This document shows positions 29,806 to 38,793 of a DNA stretch of 64,000 nucleotides, piece after piece (position 1 is the first letter of the stretch; every line of letters starts with the position of its first letter). The stretch lies in the NCBI GenBank assembly GCA_023442465.1, contig JAEZZQ010000050.1, forward strand, positions 14,843 through 78,842, in the 5' to 3' direction. This DNA is from Bacillota bacterium. Lineage in GTDB: Bacteria; Bacillota; Clostridia; Lachnospirales; Lachnospiraceae. Both the position numbers and the translations under genes were made by a program. A model generated the notes under the pieces. It saw nothing but the letters and a program-made list of their open reading frames with translations. It was not told the DNA's origin and searched no databases.

Positions 29806-29860
29806 ATCATGCGTTGCTGAGAACGGAGTGAACAGTAACAGCGAAAGGCTGAATAGGAAC
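29806..29860 (+). repeat. Solo 3' hairpin module of family 1, followed by a degenerate family-2 motif (AAGGCTGAATAGGAAC)
   Basis: ATCATGCGTTGCTGAGAACGGAGTGAACAGTAAC matches the 3' ends of the full copies. Confidence 0.7.
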
Positions 29861-29879
29861 TGATCGGGCGGGTGTAAAG

Positions 29880-31400
29880 ATGTTATTTAACTCATATGAA
29901 TTTGTATTTGCGTTTCTGCCGGTGTGCCTTCTCATCTATTACTTGTTGGAAAAAAGGGGAGGAGGCAGAGGGGCGAAACTCTGGCTGATAGCAATATCCC
30001 TATGGTTTTACGGAAGTTTTCGGGCAGGGTATCTGCTGATTCTTATAGCGAGTATGGCTTTTAATTATGGGACGGTTCTTGGGATGAGCCGGGTGAAAGA
30101 AAGTGTTTCCTACTGTAAAAAAGGGCTGCTGGTAGTTGGAATCTTTGGTAATCTGGGGCTTTTGTCCTATTTTAAATATGTCAATTTCTTTATCGAGAAT
30201 ATAAACGCATGGGGGGGTAATTTGCCGCTTTTACAAGCAGCACTTCCTATCGGAATCAGCTTTTTCACCTTTTCACAGATTTCCTTTTTGGTGGATAACT
30301 ATAGGGGAGAAATAAAATCCTGTGGATTCATGGATTATGTGCTGTATATTTCTTATTTCCCCAAGCTGGTGGAAGGACCTATCGTTTCCCATGCACAGAT
30401 GCTGCCGGAATTTGCACAAATTGGGAAAAAAGGCTTCGATGCGGGACGTTTTATGCGAGGACTTTGCCTGTTTGTTTTCGGTATGTTAAAAAAAGTAGTA
30501 TTGGCAGATACCTTCGGCGGAGCTGTGGATTATGGCTATTCCAACCTGGGAAGCATGCACGGCACCGATGCCTTGCTTTTGGTAATTTTTTATGCGCTTC
30601 AGCTTTATTTCGATTTCAGCGGTTATATAGATATGGCGATAGGAATCAGCCGTATGTTCAATATAGATCTTCCGGTAAACTTCAACTCGCCCTATAAAGC
30701 GCAAAACATTGTAGATTTCTGGAAGCGGTGGCATATTACTTTGAGCCGCTTTTTCACGAAATATGTATATATTCCTCTGGGGGGAAACAGAGAGGGCTTA
30801 TGGAGAATGTATCGCAATCTGCTGATCGTATTTTTGCTCAGCGGTCTGTGGCATGGGTCGGGAATGGGCATAAACCACTCATGGAACTTCATTTTATGGG
30901 GAATGCTTCACGGGGTATTGTACGTATTTACCCGTATGTGGCAAAGAAGGAGAGCGAAACTGAAGGAAGGAAGCAAGGTGCATAACTTGAAAACATCATT
31001 CCTTCATGGGATGAGCGTGCTGCTCACTTTTGGATACGTCAGTATTACGTGGGTATATTTCCGGGCAGAAAGTGTGGCGCAGGGAAACGAGCTTTTGCGT
31101 TTGGTAATAAAGGGTGGATTTAGCCGCGTAAATAAGAATCTTGCCGAATACTTCAACCTGGATGAGTTCTGGTATGTCTTAAAGGTGCTTCATCTGGATA
31201 GCTGGGAATACGGACATTATATTATGATGTTCGTTATCACGGTGTTCTCTCTTATGCTCGTATTTTTCAGCAAAAATGCGATGGAGATTTCCGAAAAAAT
31301 AAAGCCGAGAGTGTGGTCGGCAGTGATAATGGCAGGACTGTTTCTGTGGTGTGTCCTGGCTTTTTCAAATGTCAGCAGTTTTCTTTACTTTAACTTTTAA
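29880..31400 (+). CDS. MBOAT family O-acyltransferase, copy 3
   Basis: FWKRWHITLSRFFTKYVYIPLGGNREG motif; 506-aa multi-TM protein. Confidence 0.9.
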   Translation: MLFNSYEFVFAFLPVCLLIYYLLEKRGGGRGAKLWLIAISLWFYGSFRAGYLLILIASMAFNYGTVLGMSRVKESVSYCKKGLLVVGIFGNLGLLSYFKYVNFFIENINAWGGNLPLLQAALPIGISFFTFSQISFLVDNYRGEIKSCGFMDYVLYISYFPKLVEGPIVSHAQMLPEFAQIGKKGFDAGRFMRGLCLFVFGMLKKVVLADTFGGAVDYGYSNLGSMHGTDALLLVIFYALQLYFDFSGYIDMAIGISRMFNIDLPVNFNSPYKAQNIVDFWKRWHITLSRFFTKYVYIPLGGNREGLWRMYRNLLIVFLLSGLWHGSGMGINHSWNFILWGMLHGVLYVFTRMWQRRRAKLKEGSKVHNLKTSFLHGMSVLLTFGYVSITWVYFRAESVAQGNELLRLVIKGGFSRVNKNLAEYFNLDEFWYVLKVLHLDSWEYGHYIMMFVITVFSLMLVFFSKNAMEISEKIKPRVWSAVIMAGLFLWCVLAFSNVSSFLYFNF

Positions 31401-31464
31401 TGGGAGCAATATTGGGGAGTATGCCGATCGGTATGCACTTGAAACGCTTGAGGAATAAAAGAGA

Positions 31465-32517
31465 ATGAAACAATATAAAAAGTGGCTATTAACATTTATT
31501 GTAACACTTGCGGCGGCAGCGGCAGCAGTAATACTCCTTGTGGTGTACGTGGATCCATTTTTTCAATATCATGAACCATTGGAGGACTTTCCTTACGTGG
31601 TGGACAATCAGATCAATCAGAATCCGGGGATGGCCAAACACATGGACTACGACAGTGTGATTCTCGGCTCTTCCATGACGGTAAACTTCAATACGAACTG
31701 GTTTCAGGAGCTGATGGGGCTTGAGACCTTGAAGCTCAGCTATAGCGGCGCGTTTCCCAAGGATCAGGCGAACATCATGGACATTGTTTTTGGAAGCGGC
31801 CATAAGGTGAAAGCCGCCTTTTTGGGAATCGATGTGATTACCTATACCGGAGGGGTGGAGGAGACGAAATATCCGATTCCGAAATACTTGTACGACGATA
31901 ATGTATGGAATGATATTTCCTATGTGCTGAATAAGGACGTGCTTCTGGAATATATCCTAAGGCCGCTTGCGGATCCGGACAAGACGGATCTGGCTACTGT
32001 TTATGCAAGCTGGTGGACAGAGGAATATTATAATAAACAATGGGTAATGCATAACTATGAGCAGCCGGAGCTTGTAGAGGAGGAGGCGGATCCCGAAAAT
32101 TATGTGCGCAATGTAAAGGCGAATCTGGATACGAACATCTGCCCTTATATTGAAGCGAATCCGGATACAGAATTTTATATTTTTTATCCCCCCTACAGTA
32201 TCTTGTTCTGGAATGACGTTTTGAGGGAAAATCATATGGAAGCTACCTTGAGGGAATATGAGTACCTGACGGAGCGCTTGCTGGAATATGATAATGTAAG
32301 AGTATTCTTTTTTCCCGCTCAGGAATGGATCATAAGTGATCTGGACAATTATGCGGATTACAGTCATTACCATCCGGATATTAACCGCTATATGACGGAA
32401 TGCTTCGCTTCAGGCGAGTGCGAAGTGACAGAAGTGAATCTTCATAAGGAACTTACAAAGATGAGGGATATTGTTGTGTCTTATGATTTTGAAGAGTTAT
32501 TTTCAGTAGAATACTGA
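31465..32517 (+). CDS. DltD-like / SGNH-fold partner of MBOAT copy 3
   Basis: N-terminal TM anchor, VILGSSMTVNF serine motif and a C-terminal ADYSHYHPD (DxxH) block. Confidence 0.6.
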   Translation: MKQYKKWLLTFIVTLAAAAAAVILLVVYVDPFFQYHEPLEDFPYVVDNQINQNPGMAKHMDYDSVILGSSMTVNFNTNWFQELMGLETLKLSYSGAFPKDQANIMDIVFGSGHKVKAAFLGIDVITYTGGVEETKYPIPKYLYDDNVWNDISYVLNKDVLLEYILRPLADPDKTDLATVYASWWTEEYYNKQWVMHNYEQPELVEEEADPENYVRNVKANLDTNICPYIEANPDTEFYIFYPPYSILFWNDVLRENHMEATLREYEYLTERLLEYDNVRVFFFPAQEWIISDLDNYADYSHYHPDINRYMTECFASGECEVTEVNLHKELTKMRDIVVSYDFEELFSVEY

Positions 32518-32527
32518 TCATAAAAAA

Positions 32528-32612
32528 CTTTGGTCACAAAAGTGTGCTTCGCCCACTTCTGTGACCAAAGTTTGGCAGCACAGCTTTTGTTCCGCGCGCG
32601 CAGCTGCGCATC
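32528..32612. terminator. Convergent-gene terminator region built from repeat-family-2 blocks
   Basis: A 10-bp stem CTTTGGTCAC / GTGACCAAAG is flanked by an A-run (T-run on the minus strand). A GCGCAG/CTGCGC hairpin is followed by a T-rich tail on the plus strand. It also contains an inverted copy of GTGGGCGAAGCACACTTTTGTG. Confidence 0.6.
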
Positions 32613-32617
32613 TATTT

Positions 32618-33592
32618 TTATTTGGAAGAAGTGTGTCCGGTATTTATGACCTCTGCCAGCCGATCGGCGAGAGCGTTTCTTCCTGCATCGTTTAAATGGA
32701 TATAGTCGGTCATATAATCTCTGTAATTATCCTCGTTTATCGTGCCGTAATAGTTGTCGATGACGGACACGCCACAGGAAATTGCCACATCTACTTCCTT
32801 CACAAGATAATGAGGAAGAGCGCCGTTTCCAAGATCCACAGTGCCTCCGTTCTGGTAATTGCCGTTCTCATCGATGCACTGCGCAAAGGTATGGGACATG
32901 ATGAAGATACGGATATAGGGGTATGCTTCCTGAATTGTCTCGATGGCGTTACGAAGGCCTCCGGTATAAGTGCTGAGTTCATAGGGGTCGTTTGGATTGT
33001 CGGATGGAACTTTTTCTAAATAATCGATAGCATCATACATGATGACGATGGTATCTATCTTATTGTAATCGATGGACTCCAAGGTTTCTGCCGACTGTGC
33101 ATATTTTTCATCTTGTTCCCCTGCCGCTGCGGATGTTAAAGCAGTGAAGTCCTTGCTTGCGATGCTTTTTGCCACATAAGGAAGATTGAAGTTATCCCTT
33201 GGATACCCCTCGGTGTAAGCAGAGTATTTCGCTGCGATACCGGAATCAGGAAATCCGCCGTTATATACGGTAGCTCCCGTTTTTTGTGCTAAGAGGGCGG
33301 TAAAGCCATTTTGCCCCATTTCATCGGTAAGAGGATTGCCTCCAAGACAGAGAATAGTGTTCTCTCCGTCGTCCGTTCGTCCCTGCAGCTTAGTTTCGCT
33401 TAATGGAATGATGGTGTCCAGCGCTTCGATGTCATAACCCTCTGCCAGATTGTTCGGGTCGTAATCGGATCGGGTTCCGATGTTCCAGATGACGAGTTTT
33501 ATGATGGCAACCGCCGCAATGATAAAAATTGCGCCGAGAAGTATATAATGCCAGTTGAACGATAATTTTTTATTTTCAGTTCCATTTTCCAT
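32618..33592 (-). CDS. Membrane-anchored SGNH-like protein with an atypical block I
   Basis: TM anchor; block V TDYIHLNDAG; block I reads LCLGGNPLT rather than GDS. GGAGGAA precedes ATG 33592 (alternative start 33613). Confidence 0.6.
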   Translation of the reverse strand: MENGTENKKLSFNWHYILLGAIFIIAAVAIIKLVIWNIGTRSDYDPNNLAEGYDIEALDTIIPLSETKLQGRTDDGENTILCLGGNPLTDEMGQNGFTALLAQKTGATVYNGGFPDSGIAAKYSAYTEGYPRDNFNLPYVAKSIASKDFTALTSAAAGEQDEKYAQSAETLESIDYNKIDTIVIMYDAIDYLEKVPSDNPNDPYELSTYTGGLRNAIETIQEAYPYIRIFIMSHTFAQCIDENGNYQNGGTVDLGNGALPHYLVKEVDVAISCGVSVIDNYYGTINEDNYRDYMTDYIHLNDAGRNALADRLAEVINTGHTSSK

Positions 33593-33621
33593 AACGATTC
33601 CTCCGATGAGCATATATTTAC

Positions 33622-33733
33622 GTTACTATTCAGCCTTCCATACCGAAGTATTTTTTGTTCCGCGCGTCAAGTAACGCGGCAGTGTTCCTGTGAATGTATT
33701 GCTCACAGGAAGCCGCAGACTGAATAGTAATTA
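33622..33733. mobile_element. MITE-like element: two family-2 hairpin modules in inverted orientation (GTTACTATTCAG ... CTGAATAGTAA)
   Basis: Terminal inverted repeats are at 33622-33633 and 33720-33731. The core TTTTGTTCCGCGCG is also present at 32585-32598. Confidence 0.65.
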
Positions 33734-33767
33734 TTGTACTATTATTTATCTCAAAAATCCATACAAA

Positions 33768-33813
33768 ATATGAGCCGGATAAAATTTTAAGATTTATTTT
33801 ATCCGGCTCATAT
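33768..33813. terminator. Strong hairpin terminator (18-bp perfect stem)
   Basis: ATATGAGCCGGATAAAAT / ATTTTATCCGGCTCATAT, just downstream of the minus-strand small gene. The minus-strand tail is T-rich. Confidence 0.7.
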
Positions 33814-33848
33814 TCCTTCTCTTTCTTCCTTGTAACATCCCAATTTTG

Positions 33849-34106
33849 TCAGCAGTGCTGGTTGTTAAGCTCCTTATACCACTTGCTGTACTTATACATG
33901 CGATAGGTGGTGCTGAGCTCCTTTAATTGTTCCTTATCGGCACATTGCTCTTTAAAAGCGTTTCTCTGTGCCATATCCATACAGACGTAATCCATGTATG
34001 GAATGCGAAGCTCAATAATAGCTCCTCCGCATTTTGGACATGTCATCTTGTGACCATTTAGCATGTGAACCCGATGACAAGGTTTGCAATAGTGCATGTA
34101 CATCAT
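33849..34106 (-). CDS. Small zinc-ribbon protein (85 aa)
   Basis: CKPCH...CPKCG cysteine pairs and a GGGGA RBS before ATG 34106. The upstream part of the 147-aa ORF is AT-rich and low-complexity, so probably non-coding. Confidence 0.45.
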   Translation of the reverse strand: MMYMHYCKPCHRVHMLNGHKMTCPKCGGAIIELRIPYMDYVCMDMAQRNAFKEQCADKEQLKELSTTYRMYKYSKWYKELNNQHC

Positions 34107-34356
34107 GAAAAAAATCCCCTTTTCCAATAACATAATATAATTAAGCCTGTTTTTAATTGTGTCAGTTATGACGAAAAAAGTCAATAACTTAATCGAGTAA
34201 TTCATCGACAAAATTCGAAAAAATACTAATTTAATCATACAATTGATGAAAAATATGTAAATCATGAAAAAAGTACGAAAAAAAGCCCTCATAGATTTAT
34301 GATATACGTTACACTAGGAGAAGAAGTCAGAAAAAGAAGCGATATGGTGAAAAACA

Positions 34357-34385
34357 TTGAAAAAACAGATTTTTTATGTTAATAT
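34357..34385 (+). promoter_or_regulatory. Candidate promoter TTGAAA-17-TAATAT with a TG extension
   Basis: Hexamers are at 34357-34362 and 34380-34385, upstream of the 34424 gene. Confidence 0.5.
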
Positions 34386-34423
34386 GATGCCAAATAATTA
34401 TTTGGGAGGGGTTTACATAAGCA

Positions 34424-37231
34424 ATGAAAAAAGAGCCTAGAAGATTCGATAATGTTATTATGGATAACGAAATTAATAATTTTGATAATATAAAACATTT
34501 AAATTTTATGGATTTGGATGAAAATGACTATTATGATGATGAGGACGAGTTTTATGATGAAGATGAATATTCTGAGGGAAGTGAATATCTGGAGCAAAAA
34601 GGGTATTCCAGGGAGAGAGAAAACGCTCCGCTGAAGAAGAAAACATCGGCTAAGAAGAAAGAAACTCCGACTGGGAAGAAGCTAGCGTCCAAGAAGAAAG
34701 ACGTGCCGACTGAGAAGAAGATATCAGCCAAGAAGAAAGACGCGCCGACTGAGAAGAAGATATCAGACAAGAAGGAAACACCGGCCGGGAAGAAAACATC
34801 GTCTAAGAAAGAATACGCATTGGAGAAGCGAAAAAGCACTTCAGGCAAAAGGACAAAGGCAGCAGCTAAGAACTCCCGGGATAGAAGGAATAATGGTAAA
34901 GAAAGCCGTCTATGGTATAAAATAAAGCATATGGATACCATCGATAGAATCGTGGCATCTACCGGCGCTCTGATTATGGTTTTTGCCATTGTGACATGTA
35001 CGATGTATGCGGACGCGAAGGCGGCTGATATGCAGGTGGCTTCCTTTCAGGAGATAGGCGCCGGAATGGAAGGAATCGAGGTTATCGGGGAAAGCGGGCT
35101 TTTGGCAGTGGCTGACGCACAGGCAGCTAAGGGGGCTGTTCAGGAAGAAATGGCCGAGGCGGTGAAAGAGTACGAGGAGAAGGAGCTGGAGACGACAGAG
35201 GCGGTCAAAGTAGAGATGCATCTTAGCTCCATGCAAAAGGACTTAAAGATAAAGTTCGTGAACAGCGCGACCGGCAAGCTGGTAGCAAGCGTGCCTTTTG
35301 AAGTAAATATTACGGATGCGGGAGGGAAAACCTACACGCTGAAGGATGAGGACAAAGACGGAATTATTTATCGGACCGATATGGCGGCGGGTAAATGCAG
35401 TGTTGCCATGGCAAGTATTTCCGGTGAGGAGGATTATACCTTTTCCACCGAGAGCGTGTCGGTTACCATAAAGGATAAAATCGAATACAAGAAGGTAGAT
35501 GTTTCCGATGAGGTAAAGAAGGAATCCGACGTTAACGTGGCGGCGGAGGATACGAAGAAGCAGGAAACCGCGGTTGAATCCGTTCTTACGGATACGGTAG
35601 CGTGGGTGGAATCCACGAAGACGGCATTAAACGGATCGGGAACCGAGGCCGGTTATGAGGAAGTGTCGAAGGATAAGATTACGGACCCCAACACCCTTGT
35701 AAAAGCGAGCGAATTCATTCGTTTTGCGGCAGCTACCACAGATCAAACGGCTGCAGGTACTACAGCGCCAACGGCCGATACGACATCTTCAGGCACTGCA
35801 GCAACACCTACGGATACAGGGACAACACCCACAGATACAACGCCGCCACCTGCGGTCACCGAGATAAAGGTCAGTCTGGACAAAACCAGCCTTTCTTTGA
35901 AAACGGGAGAGACAGCTGTTTTGACGGCGACCACGGATCCAGCAGGAAATGCGGTGGAGTGGAACAGCAGCAATGCAGGAATTGTATCGGTAGCAGGAGG
36001 AACTATCGCGGCAGTGAGTGCCGGAACGGCGGATATTACAGCTAAAACATCTACCGGGCATATAGCGACCTGTACGGTAACAGTTATAGAGCCTGAAAAG
36101 GTGAAGCCTTCGATTACGATCAGTGCAGCTACCGGAAAGGTGCTTACAGAAAAGACGTTTAAGCTTACTGCGGAAGTAAAAAATGCGCCGGATGTCTCCA
36201 TTACATGGTCCTCCAGCAATAATGCGGCAGCGACGGTGTCAGGTGATGGCACGGTAACCGGCGTGAGTGCCGGAACTACGACAATTAAGGCGATGAGCAA
36301 TGCGGATAATTCTGTCGCAGCGACCTGCGAAGTTACCGTTAAGACTAATCCGGAAAAGGACAGCTCCACAAAGCTGAAGGACAATTCCGGCAATCAGCTC
36401 TATGTTAAGGAAACGGACAGCAAGTTCAGAGAAGCTGTTTATTCCGATTATTTCAAAGCGGATAAATTTTACAAAGTATCATCGGCGGCTGCCGAGTACA
36501 AATATACCGGCTGGCAGACCATCGACGGCAAGACTTATTATTTTAATGCCGACGGTAATAAGGTGACCGGTGAACAGATTATTCAAGGAGCGAAATATAA
36601 TTTCGGCAGTGACGGAGCATTATCCTCCTCCTCAGGCAATATGGGAATCGACGTATCTAAATGGAACGGAAATATCGACTGGAATGCTGTGAAGAATTCC
36701 GGCGTATCCTATGTTATCATCCGCTGCGGTTACCGCGGCTCCAGTACGGGAGCGCTGATCGAGGATCCAAAGTTCCGCTCCAATATTCAAGGAGCTTCTG
36801 CAGCAGGCCTTAAGGTGGGAGTGTACTTCTTTACGCAGGCGGTAAACGAGGTGGAAGCGGTTGAGGAAGCCTCCATGGTGGCAAGCCTGATCAGCGGTTA
36901 TAAAATTTCTTATCCTGTATTTTTAGATGTAGAGCCTAGCGGCGGACGGGCGGACAGCATAGGCAAAGATGCGAGAACTGCAGTCTGCAAAGCATTCTGC
37001 CAGACTATTCAGAACTCAGGATATACGGCGGGAATCTATGCGAACAAGACATGGCTGACCTCATATATTAATACGGCAAGCCTTACCAGCTATAAAATAT
37101 GGCTGGCTCAATATGCGGCGGCACCCAGCTATTCGGCTACGAAGTACGATTTGTGGCAGTATTCCTCCAAGGGTTCCGTATCGGGTATAAGCGGTTCTGT
37201 GGATTTGAATATCAGCTATTTGGGATATTAA
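34424..37231 (+). CDS. Large membrane-anchored cell-wall hydrolase: Lys-rich N-tail, TM helix, Ig-like (Big_2) domains, cell-wall-binding repeat and a GH25 muramidase
   Basis: Two Big_2-like segments (LSLKTGETAVLTATTDPAGNAVEWNSSN..., TITWSSSNNAAATVSGDGTVTGVSAGTTTI). The cell-wall-binding repeat is GWQTIDGKTYYFNADGNKVTG. The GH25 motif is [32 protein letters not shown]. Confidence 0.85.
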   Translation: MKKEPRRFDNVIMDNEINNFDNIKHLNFMDLDENDYYDDEDEFYDEDEYSEGSEYLEQKGYSRERENAPLKKKTSAKKKETPTGKKLASKKKDVPTEKKISAKKKDAPTEKKISDKKETPAGKKTSSKKEYALEKRKSTSGKRTKAAAKNSRDRRNNGKESRLWYKIKHMDTIDRIVASTGALIMVFAIVTCTMYADAKAADMQVASFQEIGAGMEGIEVIGESGLLAVADAQAAKGAVQEEMAEAVKEYEEKELETTEAVKVEMHLSSMQKDLKIKFVNSATGKLVASVPFEVNITDAGGKTYTLKDEDKDGIIYRTDMAAGKCSVAMASISGEEDYTFSTESVSVTIKDKIEYKKVDVSDEVKKESDVNVAAEDTKKQETAVESVLTDTVAWVESTKTALNGSGTEAGYEEVSKDKITDPNTLVKASEFIRFAAATTDQTAAGTTAPTADTTSSGTAATPTDTGTTPTDTTPPPAVTEIKVSLDKTSLSLKTGETAVLTATTDPAGNAVEWNSSNAGIVSVAGGTIAAVSAGTADITAKTSTGHIATCTVTVIEPEKVKPSITISAATGKVLTEKTFKLTAEVKNAPDVSITWSSSNNAAATVSGDGTVTGVSAGTTTIKAMSNADNSVAATCEVTVKTNPEKDSSTKLKDNSGNQLYVKETDSKFREAVYSDYFKADKFYKVSSAAAEYKYTGWQTIDGKTYYFNADGNKVTGEQIIQGAKYNFGSDGALSSSSGNMGIDVSKWNGNIDWNAVKNSGVSYVIIRCGYRGSSTGALIEDPKFRSNIQGASAAGLKVGVYFFTQAVNEVEAVEEASMVASLISGYKISYPVFLDVEPSGGRADSIGKDARTAVCKAFCQTIQNSGYTAGIYANKTWLTSYINTASLTSYKIWLAQYAAAPSYSATKYDLWQYSSKGSVSGISGSVDLNISYLGY
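34652..34807 (+). repeat. In-frame 39-bp tandem repeat, about four units, encoding KKK(D/E)xPTxKK(I/L)xx
   Basis: The units KKKETPTGKKLAS, KKKDVPTEKKISA, KKKDAPTEKKISD and KKETPAGKKTSS are read directly from the sequence. Confidence 0.8.
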
Positions 37232-37414
37232 TTATTTTTTATAAATAATGGAGAATATTGCAAAGAGGAAAAGAATGAGCTATATTTATCCATAGGTATC
37301 AGTCAAAGCTTTCACGGGCATACGCTATATCAAGCTTGCTTGATATGAGTAAAGCCAGTAACCTTGGCTCGTTGCCTTCGTAAGAATAAAAAATGGAAAG
37401 GCATAGAAAACATT

Positions 37415-38509
37415 ATGAAAACTTATCTGGTAACAGGCGGAGCAGGCTTTATCGGCTCCAATTACATTCATTACATGTTTAAAAAATATGGAAGCGATAT
37501 TAAGATTATCAATGTGGATGCGCTCACCTACGCAGGCAATCCCGAGAATCTGAAGGGGATAGAAAACAGGGACAATTACAAATTCATCAAGGCGGACATC
37601 TGCGATAAAGAAGCGATTTCTAAGATATTTGAAACGAATGATATCGATAGAGTTGTGCATTTTGCGGCGGAAAGCCATGTGGACAGAAGTATCCGTAATC
37701 CGGAGGTCTTCGTACAGACGAATGTTCTTGGAACCGCAGTGATGCTTAATTGTGCGAAGAGTGCCTGGGAGTTAGAAGACGGCAGCTTTAAGCCGGATAA
37801 GAAGTTTCTGCATGTATCCACGGACGAGGTATACGGTTCCCTGGAAGAGGAAGGCGAATATTTCTATGAGACTACGCCATACGATCCTCACAGCCCTTAT
37901 TCTGCCAGCAAGGCCAGTTCCGATATGCTGGTAAAGGCATATATGGATACCTATCATTTTCCTGCGAATATAACTAATTGCTCCAATAATTATGGACCTT
38001 ATCAGTTCCCGGAGAAATTGATTCCTCTCATCATCAACAATGCACTTCAGGGGAAAAAGCTTCCGGTATACGGAGACGGTAAGAATGTCAGGGACTGGTT
38101 GTATGTGGAAGATCATGCGAAAGCAATCGATATGGTTCAGGAAAAGGGAAGGCTTTTCGAAACCTATAATGTAGGCGGACACAATGAGAAGCAGAATATC
38201 GAAATCATTAATATTATTATAGAAACCTTGCAGGAGATGCTTCCTGAGAACGATCCGAGAAAGGAGCTCGTAAGCAAGGACTTGATTACCTATGTGGAAG
38301 ACAGAAAAGGCCATGACAGAAGATATGCCATCGCGCCGGACAAAATCAAAGCGGAAATAGGCTGGGAACCGGAGACTATGTTCAAGGAAGGCATCAGGCT
38401 GACAATCCAGTGGTTCTTTGAGAATGAGGAATGGATGAAGAATGTTACCAGCGGAGAATATCAGAAATATTATACAGATATGTACAGCACAGAGCAACTG
38501 GTGAAATAG
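37415..38509 (+). CDS. rfbB: dTDP-glucose 4,6-dehydratase
   Basis: VTGGAGFIGSN Rossmann motif, YSASKA catalytic YxxxK and a typical length of 364 aa. Confidence 0.95.
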   Translation: MKTYLVTGGAGFIGSNYIHYMFKKYGSDIKIINVDALTYAGNPENLKGIENRDNYKFIKADICDKEAISKIFETNDIDRVVHFAAESHVDRSIRNPEVFVQTNVLGTAVMLNCAKSAWELEDGSFKPDKKFLHVSTDEVYGSLEEEGEYFYETTPYDPHSPYSASKASSDMLVKAYMDTYHFPANITNCSNNYGPYQFPEKLIPLIINNALQGKKLPVYGDGKNVRDWLYVEDHAKAIDMVQEKGRLFETYNVGGHNEKQNIEIINIIIETLQEMLPENDPRKELVSKDLITYVEDRKGHDRRYAIAPDKIKAEIGWEPETMFKEGIRLTIQWFFENEEWMKNVTSGEYQKYYTDMYSTEQLVK

Positions 38510-38545
38510 TGGCTGTAAATAAGAACAAGTAAAATGCTATAATTC

Positions 38546-38679
38546 GGTTACTGTTCACACAGTAGCTTAACACTTGCTGTTAAGCTACGTAAGAACGTGA
38601 TGCAAGAGAGGATTTCTGCTTCGCGAAGCGAATTTAAATGCAGAAATCATGCGTTACTGAGAACGGAGTGAACAGTAAG
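38546..38679 (+). mobile_element. MITE-like repeat, family 1, copy 2, with a perfect 7-bp duplication ATAATTC
   Basis: ATAATTC occurs at 38539-38545 and 38680-38686. About nine mismatches to copy 1 by eye. Confidence 0.85.
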
Positions 38680-38690
38680 ATAATTCGGAT

Positions 38691-38725
38691 GGGAACGGTT
38701 TTAAAACGTTCCCATTTTACGTTTT
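38691..38725 (+). terminator. Terminator-like hairpin between rfbB and rfbA
   Basis: GGGAACG / CGTTCCC stem followed by ATTTTACGTTTT. Confidence 0.45.
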
Positions 38726-38750
38726 CAATCCAGATATTTTGTGATATACT
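38722..38750 (+). promoter_or_regulatory. Candidate promoter TTTTCA-17-TATACT with a TG extension, upstream of rfbA
   Basis: Hexamers are at 38722-38727 and 38745-38750, with TGA preceding the -10. Confidence 0.45.
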
Positions 38751-38793
38751 AAATGATAATGTAAACGACCTTGAAAGGAGAACGTTTTTTATC

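Noticed and set aside
33622-33733. Inverted-repeat-bounded segment as an invertible promoter (inverton)
   Set aside because: The ends are the same hairpin modules found in the MITE-like families. No promoter hexamers are seen inside and there is no recombinase nearby. It is more simply a foldback copy of the repeat. Read-level data would be needed to revive the idea.
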